A DNA stretch of 64,000 nt from Chamaesiphon sp. GTDB lineage: Bacteria; Cyanobacteriota; Cyanobacteriia; Cyanobacteriales; Chamaesiphonaceae. The position numbers and the translations under genes were made by a program. The stretch spans positions 112,875 to 176,874 of the forward strand of contig CBDFFH010000012.1 of the NCBI GenBank assembly GCA_965246715.1, in the 5' to 3' direction. The notes below the pieces were generated by a model. The model saw nothing but the letters and a program-made list of their open reading frames with translations. It did not search any database and had not been told where the DNA came from. Position 1 is the first letter of the stretch, and each line of letters starts with the position of its first letter. Below are positions 20,051 through 30,767 of the stretch, one piece after another.

Positions 20051-21076
20051 CTAGATCAACAATTCCGACAGTTGCTTTAAGTCCCAATCGATATTATTGA
20101 ACACGGGAATATCGGTAAATTCAGCCAACTCACGCAGCACCAGCGGCGAACTCGAGCACACCCCAGAAATTGCGTCGGGAACCAGCCCAAACTCATGCTT
20201 GAGGGTGTGCAGACCACCGATCGCCCCAAAAGTATCATGCGCGGCAAATATCAATTTATGAATGCGAGATCGCACGTCTGGAGACTTTAATAGTAGTGCT
20301 GTTTCTCGTTGTAAAATCCCATCGGCTAACTCCACCGCCCAAAAATTCTTCGGATTATTAGCATACTTGAGATCGAGATCGTTAAAAATTTGGACGACTT
20401 CTGTTTCGTCTAATAAATAAGTAGAGGGAAATCCAAAACTAGTGAAGTCATTAATAATCGAAGCACCGGCATCTTGCATGTGCAAAATATCTTTAAGACT
20501 TGCCGTGCCTGTCACCTTTGATGCCCGAACGTCATAACCCATCGATGTCAACGCCCAGCAGCAGGCAGTCGCGCTGGTACTCTTGCCAGAGTTCATACTC
20601 GTCCCCACCACTAAAATCAGCTTCGATCTGTCTTCTTTCTTCTTCGAGTTCTTGGGTTTGATTAATGAGTATTGACGAGTATTTAATACTTTGCCATCGC
20701 TATCGCAAACATAGCCTAATACCTTAACGTGAGTCGGTTCGCTGACTGAAGAATTTTTGACTTTTACATTACCAATAATTCCCGATCGAGCCAACAGATC
20801 CACTTTGGTAGTCATCGTCATCGGAATTACTCCTTCATAATAATCGGGTGCATACCGATTGCCAAATACAAAAATTGCGGTCGAACCTTCATTAATGCGA
20901 TGGATTCTGCCCGATTTATTCTCTAGTTCGGCATGTTGCCCGAGTCGAATAATTTTCCCGTAAACGACATCACCAATCTCAGGCTGTTTATCTAAAAAAT
21001 TATAGTATTTGATCTGTTTGCGACTAATCGTGTATGCAGCACTAGGAAGAATATACCAATCAGGAATCTTGTGCAT
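20051..21076 (-). CDS. DUF1611-like P-loop NTPase protein
   Basis: FGNRYAP, GTSMNSGKST, KVTGTA..KD, VELADGILQRET. Confidence 0.75.
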   Translation of the reverse strand: MHKIPDWYILPSAAYTISRKQIKYYNFLDKQPEIGDVVYGKIIRLGQHAELENKSGRIHRINEGSTAIFVFGNRYAPDYYEGVIPMTMTTKVDLLARSGIIGNVKVKNSSVSEPTHVKVLGYVCDSDGKVLNTRQYSLIKPKNSKKKEDRSKLILVVGTSMNSGKSTSATACCWALTSMGYDVRASKVTGTASLKDILHMQDAGASIINDFTSFGFPSTYLLDETEVVQIFNDLDLKYANNPKNFWAVELADGILQRETALLLKSPDVRSRIHKLIFAAHDTFGAIGGLHTLKHEFGLVPDAISGVCSSSPLVLRELAEFTDIPVFNNIDWDLKQLSELLI

Positions 21077-21399
21077 CTGAAGTCAATTTTATGTAACTCT
21101 AAATTCAGTAGCTGTAATTTAACACTGGCGTTAACAGCTGCTGTCGAGTGCGGATATGCTATCTTCGCCTAAATTCAGCCCACAAAGCTGTGATGTTTTA
21201 TGCATTCAGGCACTCGATCGCTTGTCAGCATTCTAGTTTTGACTACCAATTTTCGAATCAGATCCTCATAAGAGTGAAAAAAACTAATTCCAACTAGTCT
21301 GAATAATTAGCATGAATATTGGGTACTGTCGCAGTAAATAATTGCCCAGATTGCTTGAACACGATTGCAGATCTACTAATTAATTTTCAGAGATCGGGA

Positions 21400-22257
21400 T
21401 TAATGAGTATAAAATCCGATCGCGTGCGGTACCGAAGTTCCGGAATCGATCGATCTTTTACCATCAATTACTAAACCAGTACTCCCGCCACCATCCAACA
21501 TGGCAACTCGTTGTGCTCCAAAACTTTTTAGTGCTGCGACTGCATCGGCTTGTTTTGCTGCTTTACTCGAAAAAACCACGATCGTTTCATTTTTACCATC
21601 GCCATCAGTATCTTTTATCCCGATAAATGTCCGTGCGAGCGGACGATTTGCGCGTTTTCCTGCTGTTTCTGCTAACGCACCAACTACTTCAGGAAATTGT
21701 GGATTGTCAAATGTGGCGCGATCGTAGTTATCGATTCTCGCTTGTTTGGTTTCATTATTCCAAGCAACAGTTTGATTTAAACCAGGAAATTCATCCAATC
21801 CATAACCGTAACTAATTACCGTTCCTGCTGATTTCAAGCCAAAGGCAATCGGTGTCGGTTGGTTGTATTTAGCAAAAAATGCCCCATTGATGACGACTCG
21901 AACGCGACGTTTGGATGTATTCTGGCTGACACCATCTTGCCAAAACTGAGCCATCGATCGCGGGGCAACTTTACCATTGGGTGCATCGGTATACTTACCT
22001 GTAAGATCGATCGCTTCAGCTCGCTGCAGGTTTATTACCGTGACATAACTTTCCCGCTCCGAGTTTTTAAATACTCGCACGCCAGCAGTATCGAGCAGAG
22101 CTTGATATCCGGCTGGAATTTCCGGTACCCCAGCCGATTTACCAGCCTGCTGAGCCTGTTTGGGTGCAGTTCGAGCCGGATTTATCGCATAAGTGGAGAT
22201 CGAGCCAATGGTTAATAATACTCCACTGCCTAGCAAGATTAATGTGTGTCTATTCAC
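21400..22257 (-). CDS. secreted phosphodiester glycosidase (NAGPA-like) family protein
   Basis: signal peptide; INGAFF, ARTFIG, MLDGGGST. Confidence 0.85.
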   Translation of the reverse strand: MNRHTLILLGSGVLLTIGSISTYAINPARTAPKQAQQAGKSAGVPEIPAGYQALLDTAGVRVFKNSERESYVTVINLQRAEAIDLTGKYTDAPNGKVAPRSMAQFWQDGVSQNTSKRRVRVVINGAFFAKYNQPTPIAFGLKSAGTVISYGYGLDEFPGLNQTVAWNNETKQARIDNYDRATFDNPQFPEVVGALAETAGKRANRPLARTFIGIKDTDGDGKNETIVVFSSKAAKQADAVAALKSFGAQRVAMLDGGGSTGLVIDGKRSIDSGTSVPHAIGFYTH

Positions 22258-22440
22258 GATCGAGAGTTGTAGTAACTATTTAGCTATGACAGATCGATCG
22301 AGTCGTTTGTTGCCAATTCGATCTCGGGAAGCAGCAATGTCCCAGCTTAATGTTGCCATTTGCCACAATTTTTTACCTTCAGCAATGATGGTACATTTTA
22401 ACTCTTGTGAATTCTCATCGGGCGATCTTGCTCATATGTT

Positions 22441-23151
22441 TCATTTCCGATTGAGCCAAATAGCTGTCAAGCCAACGCTATTTGCCCCTTGATAATCCTC
22501 CTCAAAACTATCACCAATATGCCATGCTGATTTGGGCTGACATTGATGTTTATCTAAAGCTGCTCTAAAGATATTTGGCTGCGGTTTCGCCACACTTACT
22601 TCGGTAGAAATTGTCACTGTCGAGAAATATTTAGTTAAATCCAATGCTTCGAGCACCGCATACAACCGCGAATCAAAATTAGATAATACGCCCAGTTCGA
22701 TCTTCGATCGCGTCCACAGATCTAGAGCTGGAATGACATCGGGATAAATAACCCAAGCCGATGGAGTTGCGAAGTAGCCATATAACTCCTGAAAAAAAGC
22801 ATCGAAGTCCACAAACTGCTCCCAAACGCCAACGGCTGTAAAAGTCTGACGATTGATTTCGCGCCACCACTGATACTCATGCTGCGGGATATCTGCGGTT
22901 GCGACATGCGGAAAAATACAGGGCGCAGAGTTTTTAAAAGCCTTGTAAAAGCATTGATTGAGTAATTCTGGTTGACAATTTACCCTATATTTACTGGCTA
23001 CTTCACTATAAATGTGCCCGACACTATCGCGCACGCCAAATAACGTACCGACAGCATCGAGAAAGATAACTTTTGGTAATGGAAGAGAGTCAGGGATATT
23101 TAACAGCGTAGAATATTGGTGCTGGATCTGGAGATTATCAAAATTTGCCAC
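22441..23151 (-). CDS. HAD-IA hydrolase (REG-2-like)
   Basis: FLDAVGTL, SNFD, KP, HIGDSFEEDY. Confidence 0.92.
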   Translation of the reverse strand: MANFDNLQIQHQYSTLLNIPDSLPLPKVIFLDAVGTLFGVRDSVGHIYSEVASKYRVNCQPELLNQCFYKAFKNSAPCIFPHVATADIPQHEYQWWREINRQTFTAVGVWEQFVDFDAFFQELYGYFATPSAWVIYPDVIPALDLWTRSKIELGVLSNFDSRLYAVLEALDLTKYFSTVTISTEVSVAKPQPNIFRAALDKHQCQPKSAWHIGDSFEEDYQGANSVGLTAIWLNRK

Positions 23152-23258
23152 TAGAGAAACTTACCTGCCGATTGTTTTAATTTTTACCTTTCTAGATTAC
23201 TGCAATAATAAGAGGCTGTACTTTGTTTATCTGCTCCGATCGAGCAACCACTATCACG

Positions 23259-23675
23259 ATGTCTTTAACCGATTCGCAGGCAATCGCCGCTCGATCTCTC
23301 CTCTTGACATGTCAAGATCCGCAAGTTGCTGCCGCCAAGAACCCCGCAGAAATCCGTCAAGCACTGCTGACGCTCTTACCGGAGATCGAGCGGCTGATGC
23401 TAGGCATCTGTGCGAATAGTTGGACTGAGGGTATGCTTGCGTTGACACAATACAGTCGTGCCCTAAATCTGCCCCTCCTCTTGCCAACTCCTGAGTTGAG
23501 CGGAGCGATCTATATCAAATTCAATCCGAGTAGCCCCAATTGTTACGCCTCGGCATATGAGGGGAGCGAGCGCGGTGTATTAGTAGCCGCTCAATCTGAC
23601 GATTTAACTAAGTTAAATGAAATGTTCGGTCATCTCCCGATCGATTTGTTTGCGGCGGTAGATGTTGTTAAATAA
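23259..23675 (+). CDS. DUF1824-like cyanobacterial protein
   Basis: LGICA, YIKFN, RGVLV..Q, GHLPIDLF. Confidence 0.8.
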   Translation: MSLTDSQAIAARSLLLTCQDPQVAAAKNPAEIRQALLTLLPEIERLMLGICANSWTEGMLALTQYSRALNLPLLLPTPELSGAIYIKFNPSSPNCYASAYEGSERGVLVAAQSDDLTKLNEMFGHLPIDLFAAVDVVK

Positions 23676-23735
23676 TCCTAGTTTAGGCGTTCCTGAATAC
23701 ATGTATTATTTATTAATATGCGATCGCTAAGATTC

Positions 23736-23769
23736 AGAGTAGGGGCAATTCATGAATTGTCTCTACTCT
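23736..23769. repeat. GTAG-type REP hairpin
   Basis: AGAGTAGGGGCAATTCATGAATTGTCTCTACTCT; related to 46350-46387. Confidence 0.75.
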
Positions 23770-23900
23770 GAATTCTCCTATTCAACAATGCCCCAATTAA
23801 AATAAATAAAGCTACCGATCGGTGAATTTAGCCTGCGAAAGCGGACTGTGTTTGTCTCGACGCAGTTTCGATCGCCAGTTTTCAAGAATTAGGACTATTC

Positions 23901-25556
23901 TTAGGCGATGTCACCAGATTTACCTGCTTGATTGAGCGCGCGCCCCAGCCGGATTAAGCCTTGGGAACAGTCAAAGCGATCGAGATGAATTTCAATTAAG
24001 GAAACAGATTCAATATTTGCTTTCGCTTTAACTAAAGCTACTTCTAATTCACCTTCGGTTCGTACTTCGCAACTCCAACTTTTGCCGAATACTTGCGGTA
24101 ATTGATGATATTTCCACGGTTGAATATCATTATAGGTATTGTCCTGAATCACTCGTTCGATTGTGTAGCCGTCATTATTAATTAAGAAGATAATTGGATT
24201 GAGATTGTGGCGGATAATCGTCGATAATTCCTGTGCGGTCATTTGAAAAGCCCCATCGCCAACAAAGACGATCGGGCGACGATGCGGCTCTGCCATCATT
24301 GCGCCCAAACAAGCTGGAATCGAATAACCGATCGATAGATAGAAAGCCTGTCCGATAAAATGTGCCCGCTCGCGCATCAATAAATCCATCGTCGCCACGA
24401 TCGCATCCCCAGTATCGGCAATCACGATCGAATCATCTTCGAGAAAATGATTGACGCGTTCGTAAAAGCGAATATTTGTTAGTTTTGTATCTAGTTGCGG
24501 AACGAATGGACGATCGAGTGAGTAGGAACTAGGTTTGATATCTAAGGTTGCAGCTTCTTTATACTCAAGCTTATTAATCAATCCCTCAATAAAATCACCT
24601 AAATAAATTGGCTGATAGAAATGATGTTTGATTTTGACTTTTTCAGAGTTAGCATTGATTAACTTCAGATCGTCTAATTTAGCGGTATTTCCGCCCAAGT
24701 TCATGTCTGACATAATCGCGCCGAGACACAAAACACAGTCGGCATCTTCGATCCGATCGCGGATATATTCGCGACTCAAACCGCCCATATAATTACCGAT
24801 AAATTGCGGGTGCATCTCAGAGATACAGGATTTACCCAGCATCGTTGTCGCGATCGGATAGCCGCTAATTTCTAATAGTTTGAGCAACTTATCTTCGAGA
24901 TCGAACCGATGAAATTCTACGCCTGCTAGAATTACTGGATTTGTGGCTTGATTGAGTAAATCAGCTGCTTCAGCTACAGCTTCTTGTAATGCTGCTGAGT
25001 TAGTGAGTTTGGCGGCTACTGCTGGATAAGTCGTTGGTACGATACAGGGTTGATTGACGACATCAACGGGAATTTCGATATATACTGGGCGCTTGTGATG
25101 GAGACAGGCTGCTAAAGCTCGATCGATTCGATCGGCTGCTTGACTCGCATCGTCGAGAATTACCGCTGCTACCGTCGCTTTTTCCATAATTGCAAACTGG
25201 AGATTATAATCTCCCGTCGTGTGGTGCAGTAGCAAGTTACTGTGTCTCAAGGCATTATTTGGCGCGCCGCTAATGACGACAAGCGGTACCCGCTCGGCAT
25301 AGGCACCTACGACTGCATTTACCAGACTAAATCCGCCGACACCATAGGTAACGCATACCGCACCCATTCCCCGCAGTCGTGCGTAAGCATCCGCCGCATA
25401 GCCAGCATTGAGTTCGTTACAGTTACAGATTAACTCGATCGGGGATTCGGTGATGACATCCATCAAGTCGAGTACGTAGTCGCCTGGTACGCCAAAAATT
25501 CGATCGATACCCATGTCTTCTAACCGCTGCAACAGATATTCACTAACTGTAATCAT
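23901..25556 (-). CDS. ThDP-dependent alpha-keto acid decarboxylase (pyruvate/indolepyruvate decarboxylase family)
   Basis: FGVPGDY, NELNAGYAADAYAR, LHHT, GDGAFQMT...NNDGYTIER. Confidence 0.95.
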   Translation of the reverse strand: MITVSEYLLQRLEDMGIDRIFGVPGDYVLDLMDVITESPIELICNCNELNAGYAADAYARLRGMGAVCVTYGVGGFSLVNAVVGAYAERVPLVVISGAPNNALRHSNLLLHHTTGDYNLQFAIMEKATVAAVILDDASQAADRIDRALAACLHHKRPVYIEIPVDVVNQPCIVPTTYPAVAAKLTNSAALQEAVAEAADLLNQATNPVILAGVEFHRFDLEDKLLKLLEISGYPIATTMLGKSCISEMHPQFIGNYMGGLSREYIRDRIEDADCVLCLGAIMSDMNLGGNTAKLDDLKLINANSEKVKIKHHFYQPIYLGDFIEGLINKLEYKEAATLDIKPSSYSLDRPFVPQLDTKLTNIRFYERVNHFLEDDSIVIADTGDAIVATMDLLMRERAHFIGQAFYLSIGYSIPACLGAMMAEPHRRPIVFVGDGAFQMTAQELSTIIRHNLNPIIFLINNDGYTIERVIQDNTYNDIQPWKYHQLPQVFGKSWSCEVRTEGELEVALVKAKANIESVSLIEIHLDRFDCSQGLIRLGRALNQAGKSGDIA

Positions 25557-25853
25557 CAGATTTATCCTCAATGGCTTACAACAGTCGTGTAGCTAGCCAA
25601 GGCTACATCTCTATCGTAACCAATCAAAGATCTATACGGTTGTAACTGAACAAACAAATCCTGCGTTTAACAGCTCGCTCCTTCAACGGTAGAATTCCAC
25701 GCACTCGGTATAGTCTCGAGACGATGCATTAATTTTCACTCTGATAAACAAACGGCATTTATTTTAACTAAGTTGGCTGTGGTTATTTAATCTATCTGAA
25801 AGCACTTATTATGTCGCTCATTAGTTAAACTCTATCTTTTCAATATATGCGCA

Positions 25854-26906
25854 TTAGGATTTGATAACTTCTACCATCTGCAAGTTTTGCCCTGCAAAGT
25901 ACTCAATCAGTGCAGTTGTGTAATGTACTGAAGGCTCAACATCAATAATGCTCAGAAGTTCCATGCCAGAACATGAAAGCATAACACCTGACAATCTAAA
26001 TTCTTGATTACTTGCTCGTCCGTTCAGTGGGTAAAGAACATATTGACGGTTTTGATGTAAAAATGAAAGTCCTGCCTGATTATTTTCGTTGACGATACAC
26101 ATTTGAAAATCGAAATATGAGTTATAATCAGAAATTATTAATCCGTATTCTTGTAGAATATTAAGACTACTAAAATTAAGATTGTAGTTTTTAAGTGAAT
26201 TTGATGCTGCATTGCCAGCAAGGGAAGGGACACGAGCATCAAAATACATATCACCAATTTTTATAGACACACATAGCGAACAAAGTTGACGAAATAGTAT
26301 TGCCGCAGTGTTATCAAGTTCCGACATTAGCTTGACAGTTTTGATGGAAAAGGAGGATGGTCTTTGAATCTCTCCAGCCAAAATCTTACCGAACAAGAAT
26401 TGCATTTCTTCCGTACTTTTCTGGCTAGCCTCTTTTTCAAAATTATTTAGCCAGTCCTCGCTTATCGTAGGAACTTCAGTAGCTTCATTTGGCTTTGATG
26501 CAGATTCAATGACATCTTGATGAATCTGTTGCGCTGCGATCTCAGAAATTTTATCAAGATTGACCTGCTCACGAATGATTTTTTGACTATGCTTTTTTAC
26601 CGCAGCATCGGCGAATTTAGGATCGACGTTCATCTGACTAGCAATTTGCTCGCCAGTTGTAACAATGAGTTTGACACGTGCTTGCGTTTCTGCACGTTTT
26701 TCTGCAGCAATCCCTTCCAGATGAGCAACTGGGATATCAATAGCTGCTGAACAAAGTTGATTAAAAGCCTTGAATACATTTTTTCTAATTGGGGCAGGAA
26801 TTGATGAGCTAGTAACTAAATCAGTTATGAAATCACCAGTACTTGCCAAAATACCTCCGCCCATATCATCTGATTCTGTACTCGTGTCATTGTTTCGATC
26901 GCTCAT
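25854..26906 (-). CDS. DUF2806-like protein
   Basis: REQVNLDKI, ISEDWL, FGKILAGEIQRPSSFSIKT; AT-rich. Confidence 0.8.
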   Translation of the reverse strand: MSDRNNDTSTESDDMGGGILASTGDFITDLVTSSSIPAPIRKNVFKAFNQLCSAAIDIPVAHLEGIAAEKRAETQARVKLIVTTGEQIASQMNVDPKFADAAVKKHSQKIIREQVNLDKISEIAAQQIHQDVIESASKPNEATEVPTISEDWLNNFEKEASQKSTEEMQFLFGKILAGEIQRPSSFSIKTVKLMSELDNTAAILFRQLCSLCVSIKIGDMYFDARVPSLAGNAASNSLKNYNLNFSSLNILQEYGLIISDYNSYFDFQMCIVNENNQAGLSFLHQNRQYVLYPLNGRASNQEFRLSGVMLSCSGMELLSIIDVEPSVHYTTALIEYFAGQNLQMVEVIKS

Positions 26907-27048
26907 TTCGTAATTCCCCTACCTTAAAAAGTCCAATAATTTGGTAATACAATTATTTATTATACAGACATCTAAAGTACATGTGTATTGTTTGGTATAA
27001 TTTGGGTGGTATAATCGAATCTTTTAAGATTATCTCAGTTGTCTCGAT

Positions 27049-27074
27049 TTTCGTTCCGAAAGGCTACGCCAACG
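27049..27074. repeat. 26-nt small dispersed repeat
   Basis: TTTCGTTCCGAAAGGCTACGCCAACG; identical at 30832-30857, variant at 44669-44692. Confidence 0.85.
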
Positions 27075-27116
27075 AGAATGTTTCGATTTGTTGGCTTAGC
27101 GTCAGCTTTGCGGCAG

Positions 27117-27539
27117 CTATCTCGACCAATCTTCTATTCTCAATTCTAAAATTTGCCCAAAATCAGATTTATTCCGAGTTAGTAAGAGCGCATTGTTTGT
27201 CAGTGAAATTGCCGCAATTTTCAGATCCATATTTCCTAATCGAGGATAAGCTTTTCGTAAGCGCTGATGCTCCAAAGCTGCGGCATAGCTAAAGGGAAGA
27301 ATCGCAATCTTGAGATAATCGATCGCTACTTGTTGCAGCCCTTGATAAGCAAAAACTTGCTCATCTAGTGTTTTTGCTTTAGCCAGAACACTCAATCTAC
27401 CTTTGACTTGTTCTTCGTAAGTAATCACAGTTACGGCAACTTCAGGATCGACAATAGTAGCCAGTCTTGATAGAACTCGTTTTCCGTCTGCGCCATTGCG
27501 CTGAATGAGGCTGAGATGGTCGGTGTCAAAAATGTACAT
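27117..27539 (-). CDS. vapC: VapC/PIN domain toxin
   Basis: MYIFDTDHLS, TYEE, MDLKIAAI, LLTRNKSDF. Confidence 0.9.
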   Translation of the reverse strand: MYIFDTDHLSLIQRNGADGKRVLSRLATIVDPEVAVTVITYEEQVKGRLSVLAKAKTLDEQVFAYQGLQQVAIDYLKIAILPFSYAAALEHQRLRKAYPRLGNMDLKIAAISLTNNALLLTRNKSDFGQILELRIEDWSR

Positions 27540-27546
27540 TAGAGAC

Positions 27547-27759
27547 TTACTCAGCAGATTTGCGCCACTCTTGTCCGAGCCGAACAGCTTCATCAAAGGT
27601 AGGATCGTTTTCACAGCTACCTGCAATTTCTAGCCACCAAGAATTTTTTCTTGGCGAAGGATCGACTAACATCTGTTTCATTTGAGCCAGTTCTGTTTCC
27701 AACGTTGCAACTCGCATTTCAAGTTGTTCTGAGCGTTCTTCAAGTTGTTGAGAAGTCAT
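27547..27759 (-). CDS. putative antitoxin
   Basis: 70-aa ORF directly upstream of the PIN gene; WWLEIAG...DPTFDEAVRLGQEWR. Confidence 0.8.
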   Translation of the reverse strand: MTSQQLEERSEQLEMRVATLETELAQMKQMLVDPSPRKNSWWLEIAGSCENDPTFDEAVRLGQEWRKSAE

Positions 27760-27872
27760 AGGAATCGATCGATTGAATACCTAAAAGCATTATAACTCGA
27801 TTGTTTTACTCATTGGCGTAGCTACAATTTTCAAGATGTAGATGTGCGGTGCGGAAATATACAAGCGCTAGA

Positions 27873-28439
27873 TTATTCTCGATCGTAATTTTTCTTACCA
27901 GCTCGGTACCACTGATACCAACTCTGCGAACTACGAATAGCCAGCCATAAAAGTAATAGTGCGATCAGACCACCAGAATTAGGTGCTTTGAAGGCAAATA
28001 AGACTAACAACACGCACAACACATCTTCGAGCAACACCGCCCAAATCGGCAACCCTTTGAGCCGATAAAACCAGCCGACTTGCACCAGTTGCAATACCAG
28101 GGCGATTAAACCGCCGACAGCGCCTAAAATCCACACTAATTGAGGTGGTTGCAGGTGGAGAATTCCAGCTACCGCCATCGCCATGATAGCGCCTACCAGC
28201 GGGCTAAATATCAGCTCGACCACCTGTAACAATCGCTGTCCCCAGAGTAACTTGGAAACGAATAGTTCGAGAAACGTCCAAGCTGTCAGGACAGCAATGA
28301 CAATTTGCGGTTGAATGGTATTAAGCAGCGGTACCTGTGCCCACAAGTTGCCTTGTGTCAGCCCGATTACCAACAGTGGGAGCGCGATTCGCATTCCCGC
28401 TGCGGCGGATACCGATAGCACGGCGAGAATTCCAATCAT
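27873..28439 (-). CDS. DUF4126-like membrane protein
   Basis: SAAAGMRIALPLL, multiple TM helices, LLED. Confidence 0.8.
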   Translation of the reverse strand: MIGILAVLSVSAAAGMRIALPLLVIGLTQGNLWAQVPLLNTIQPQIVIAVLTAWTFLELFVSKLLWGQRLLQVVELIFSPLVGAIMAMAVAGILHLQPPQLVWILGAVGGLIALVLQLVQVGWFYRLKGLPIWAVLLEDVLCVLLVLFAFKAPNSGGLIALLLLWLAIRSSQSWYQWYRAGKKNYDRE

Positions 28440-28692
28440 GAACTTTTTAGGTATTGGGAATTTATCACTCAGTTATCGATGACTGGTTTAGGGGTACTAA
28501 TGTGCCATCAGCGAGGTCTAGCAAATGCTAAACTTAACATCAATCCGAACTATTTAGGTTTCTATTTTGGCCTAACCTGAATAATCTGCGCTAGATTATA
28601 TCGTTCGAGCAACTTGTTCGTCGTCTAACTAAGATCGAAATTGTCAGCTTGGCGCACTTTCCGTTCAACCCGCACTCAACCACACTTTACCT

Positions 28693-30678
28693 ATGAGCGA
28701 TAGCTACGCTGTCATACCAGAGCGCAATCCTGTCCTTGCCGTTCGGCATTTACGGGTAGAATTTCCTGGTGTCAAGCAACCAGTCGTTGATGACTTGTCA
28801 TTTACACTGCTACGTGGAGAGACTTTAGGCATCGTCGGTGAATCGGGTTCGGGTAAATCGATTACTTCGCTTGCCATTATGGGGTTACTTCCCAATCCTG
28901 GTCGCGTTACTCAAGGTGAAATCTGGTTTCAGAAAGCTGCCGATTCAAATAATAGCAGCGATCGCGAGTCTCAGCCAGCCCAAGATCGAGCGGTAGATTT
29001 ACTCACATTATCACCAGCCCAACTTTCGAGTTATCGTGGCGAACAAATAGCGATAATTTTTCAGGAGCCGATGAGTTCGCTCAATCCGGTATTTACGATC
29101 GGTTATCAACTGATCGAAGCAATTTTACAATATCAAACAATCTCTCCCGCTGAGGCCAGACGTAGAGCGATTCATCTGTTACAAGAAGTCAAATTAATTC
29201 CTAGTGATGCTCGACTTAAAGAGCAGTATTTGAGCGGACTCAATCCGACAGCAAGCGAACCAGCAGATCGAGTCAACAATGATTTCGAGCCTTTAAGCGA
29301 GCGCGAACTCAATAATACGATCGCGCAGAAGAAATTAGATTGGCTAGAACGCTATCCTCACGAACTTTCGGGCGGACAATTGCAACGGGTGACGATTGCC
29401 ATGGCAATTTCTTGTAATCCAGTATTATTGATTGCCGACGAGCCGACAACTGCGCTAGATGTTACCGTCCAAGCGACGATCTTAGAACTCCTCCAAGAGT
29501 TACGTGACAAGCGCGATATGGCGATGATTTTTATTACCCACGACTTGGGTATTATTGCCGAGATTGCTGACGAAGTTGCAGTCATGTACAAAGGTAAAAT
29601 TGTCGAATGCAAGCCGATTTTAGAATTATTTCAGCAACCGCAACATCCCTATACTAAAAGTTTATTAGCTTGCCGTCCCAGACTCGATCGCAATTCAAAA
29701 ATACTCCCGACAATTAAAGACTTCATGGAGGAGCGAGAGTTACCTGATGGTCGGATCGAAATTATTGAAAAACCTCAATCCGAATCGTTACTCGCCCAAC
29801 AGCTATATTCAGATAATGGTCAAACTCAATTACCCGAAACCGTACTACCTCCCCAATCGATCTTAGCTGTTCGTAACTTAAAGGTTGGCTTTCCCGTTCG
29901 AGGGATATTTGGTAAAAATCAGCAACAATATAACTGGGCGGTCGATGATATTTCTTTTAATGTATTTCCCGGCGAAACTCTCGGTTTGGTTGGCGAATCT
30001 GGTTGTGGTAAAAGTACCTTGGCGCGAACGATTCTCAGACTGATCGAACCGCAACAAGGATCGATCGAGTTTAGAGGACAAGACATAACTAAACTACGGG
30101 GAGAAGCCATGCAAATCCTCCGCCGAGATTTGCAAATCGTGTTCCAAAATCCGTTTAGCGCACTCAATCCGCGCATGAATATCTGCGATCTGGTTGTCGA
30201 GCCGTTATTAATTCATCGCACGGTAAAAAGTAAAGCTCAGCGTCAAGAACGCGCTGAATATTTATTAGGACGCGTTGGACTAGATCTCCAATATCTCAAA
30301 TCGTATCCGCACCAACTCTCCGGCGGTCAACGCCAACGCGTCTGTATCGCCCGCGCGCTGGCACTCAATCCTAAGTTTATCATTTGTGATGAATCCGTAT
30401 CTGCTCTAGATGTATCGGTTCAGGCACAGGTCTTAAATCTACTCAAAGAGTTACAGAGTGAATTCGATCTTACCTATATTTTCATCTCGCATGACTTGAG
30501 CGTTGTCAAGTTTATGAGCGATCGGATTATGGTCATGAATCAAGGTAAGATCGAAGAAATAGATTCCGCACACACGATCTATCAAGCCCCCCAGACCGAT
30601 TATACCCGCAAGTTAATTGCTTCAATTCCACTCGGGACGATCGATCGCATTCAACAACAACAAGCTAGGAAATTATAA
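28693..30678 (+). CDS. peptide ABC transporter ATP-binding protein with two ATPase domains
   Basis: two GESGxGKS Walker A motifs, YPHELSGGQ and YPHQLSGGQ. Confidence 0.95.
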   Translation: MSDSYAVIPERNPVLAVRHLRVEFPGVKQPVVDDLSFTLLRGETLGIVGESGSGKSITSLAIMGLLPNPGRVTQGEIWFQKAADSNNSSDRESQPAQDRAVDLLTLSPAQLSSYRGEQIAIIFQEPMSSLNPVFTIGYQLIEAILQYQTISPAEARRRAIHLLQEVKLIPSDARLKEQYLSGLNPTASEPADRVNNDFEPLSERELNNTIAQKKLDWLERYPHELSGGQLQRVTIAMAISCNPVLLIADEPTTALDVTVQATILELLQELRDKRDMAMIFITHDLGIIAEIADEVAVMYKGKIVECKPILELFQQPQHPYTKSLLACRPRLDRNSKILPTIKDFMEERELPDGRIEIIEKPQSESLLAQQLYSDNGQTQLPETVLPPQSILAVRNLKVGFPVRGIFGKNQQQYNWAVDDISFNVFPGETLGLVGESGCGKSTLARTILRLIEPQQGSIEFRGQDITKLRGEAMQILRRDLQIVFQNPFSALNPRMNICDLVVEPLLIHRTVKSKAQRQERAEYLLGRVGLDLQYLKSYPHQLSGGQRQRVCIARALALNPKFIICDESVSALDVSVQAQVLNLLKELQSEFDLTYIFISHDLSVVKFMSDRIMVMNQGKIEEIDSAHTIYQAPQTDYTRKLIASIPLGTIDRIQQQQARKL

Positions 30679-30767
30679 ATAATTAATCTACCGATCTTAT
30701 TACACTGAAGACTCACTAACCTATTTTCAAGAATTTTTAAGGAGCTGAGATCGAGTGCCATTTAACT

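Noticed and set aside
21099..21220. TPP or c-di-AMP riboswitch
   Set aside because: Only superficial matches; CUGAGA, ACCUGA, CGUAGG and the ydaO core are absent, so it is kept only as an unknown structured leader
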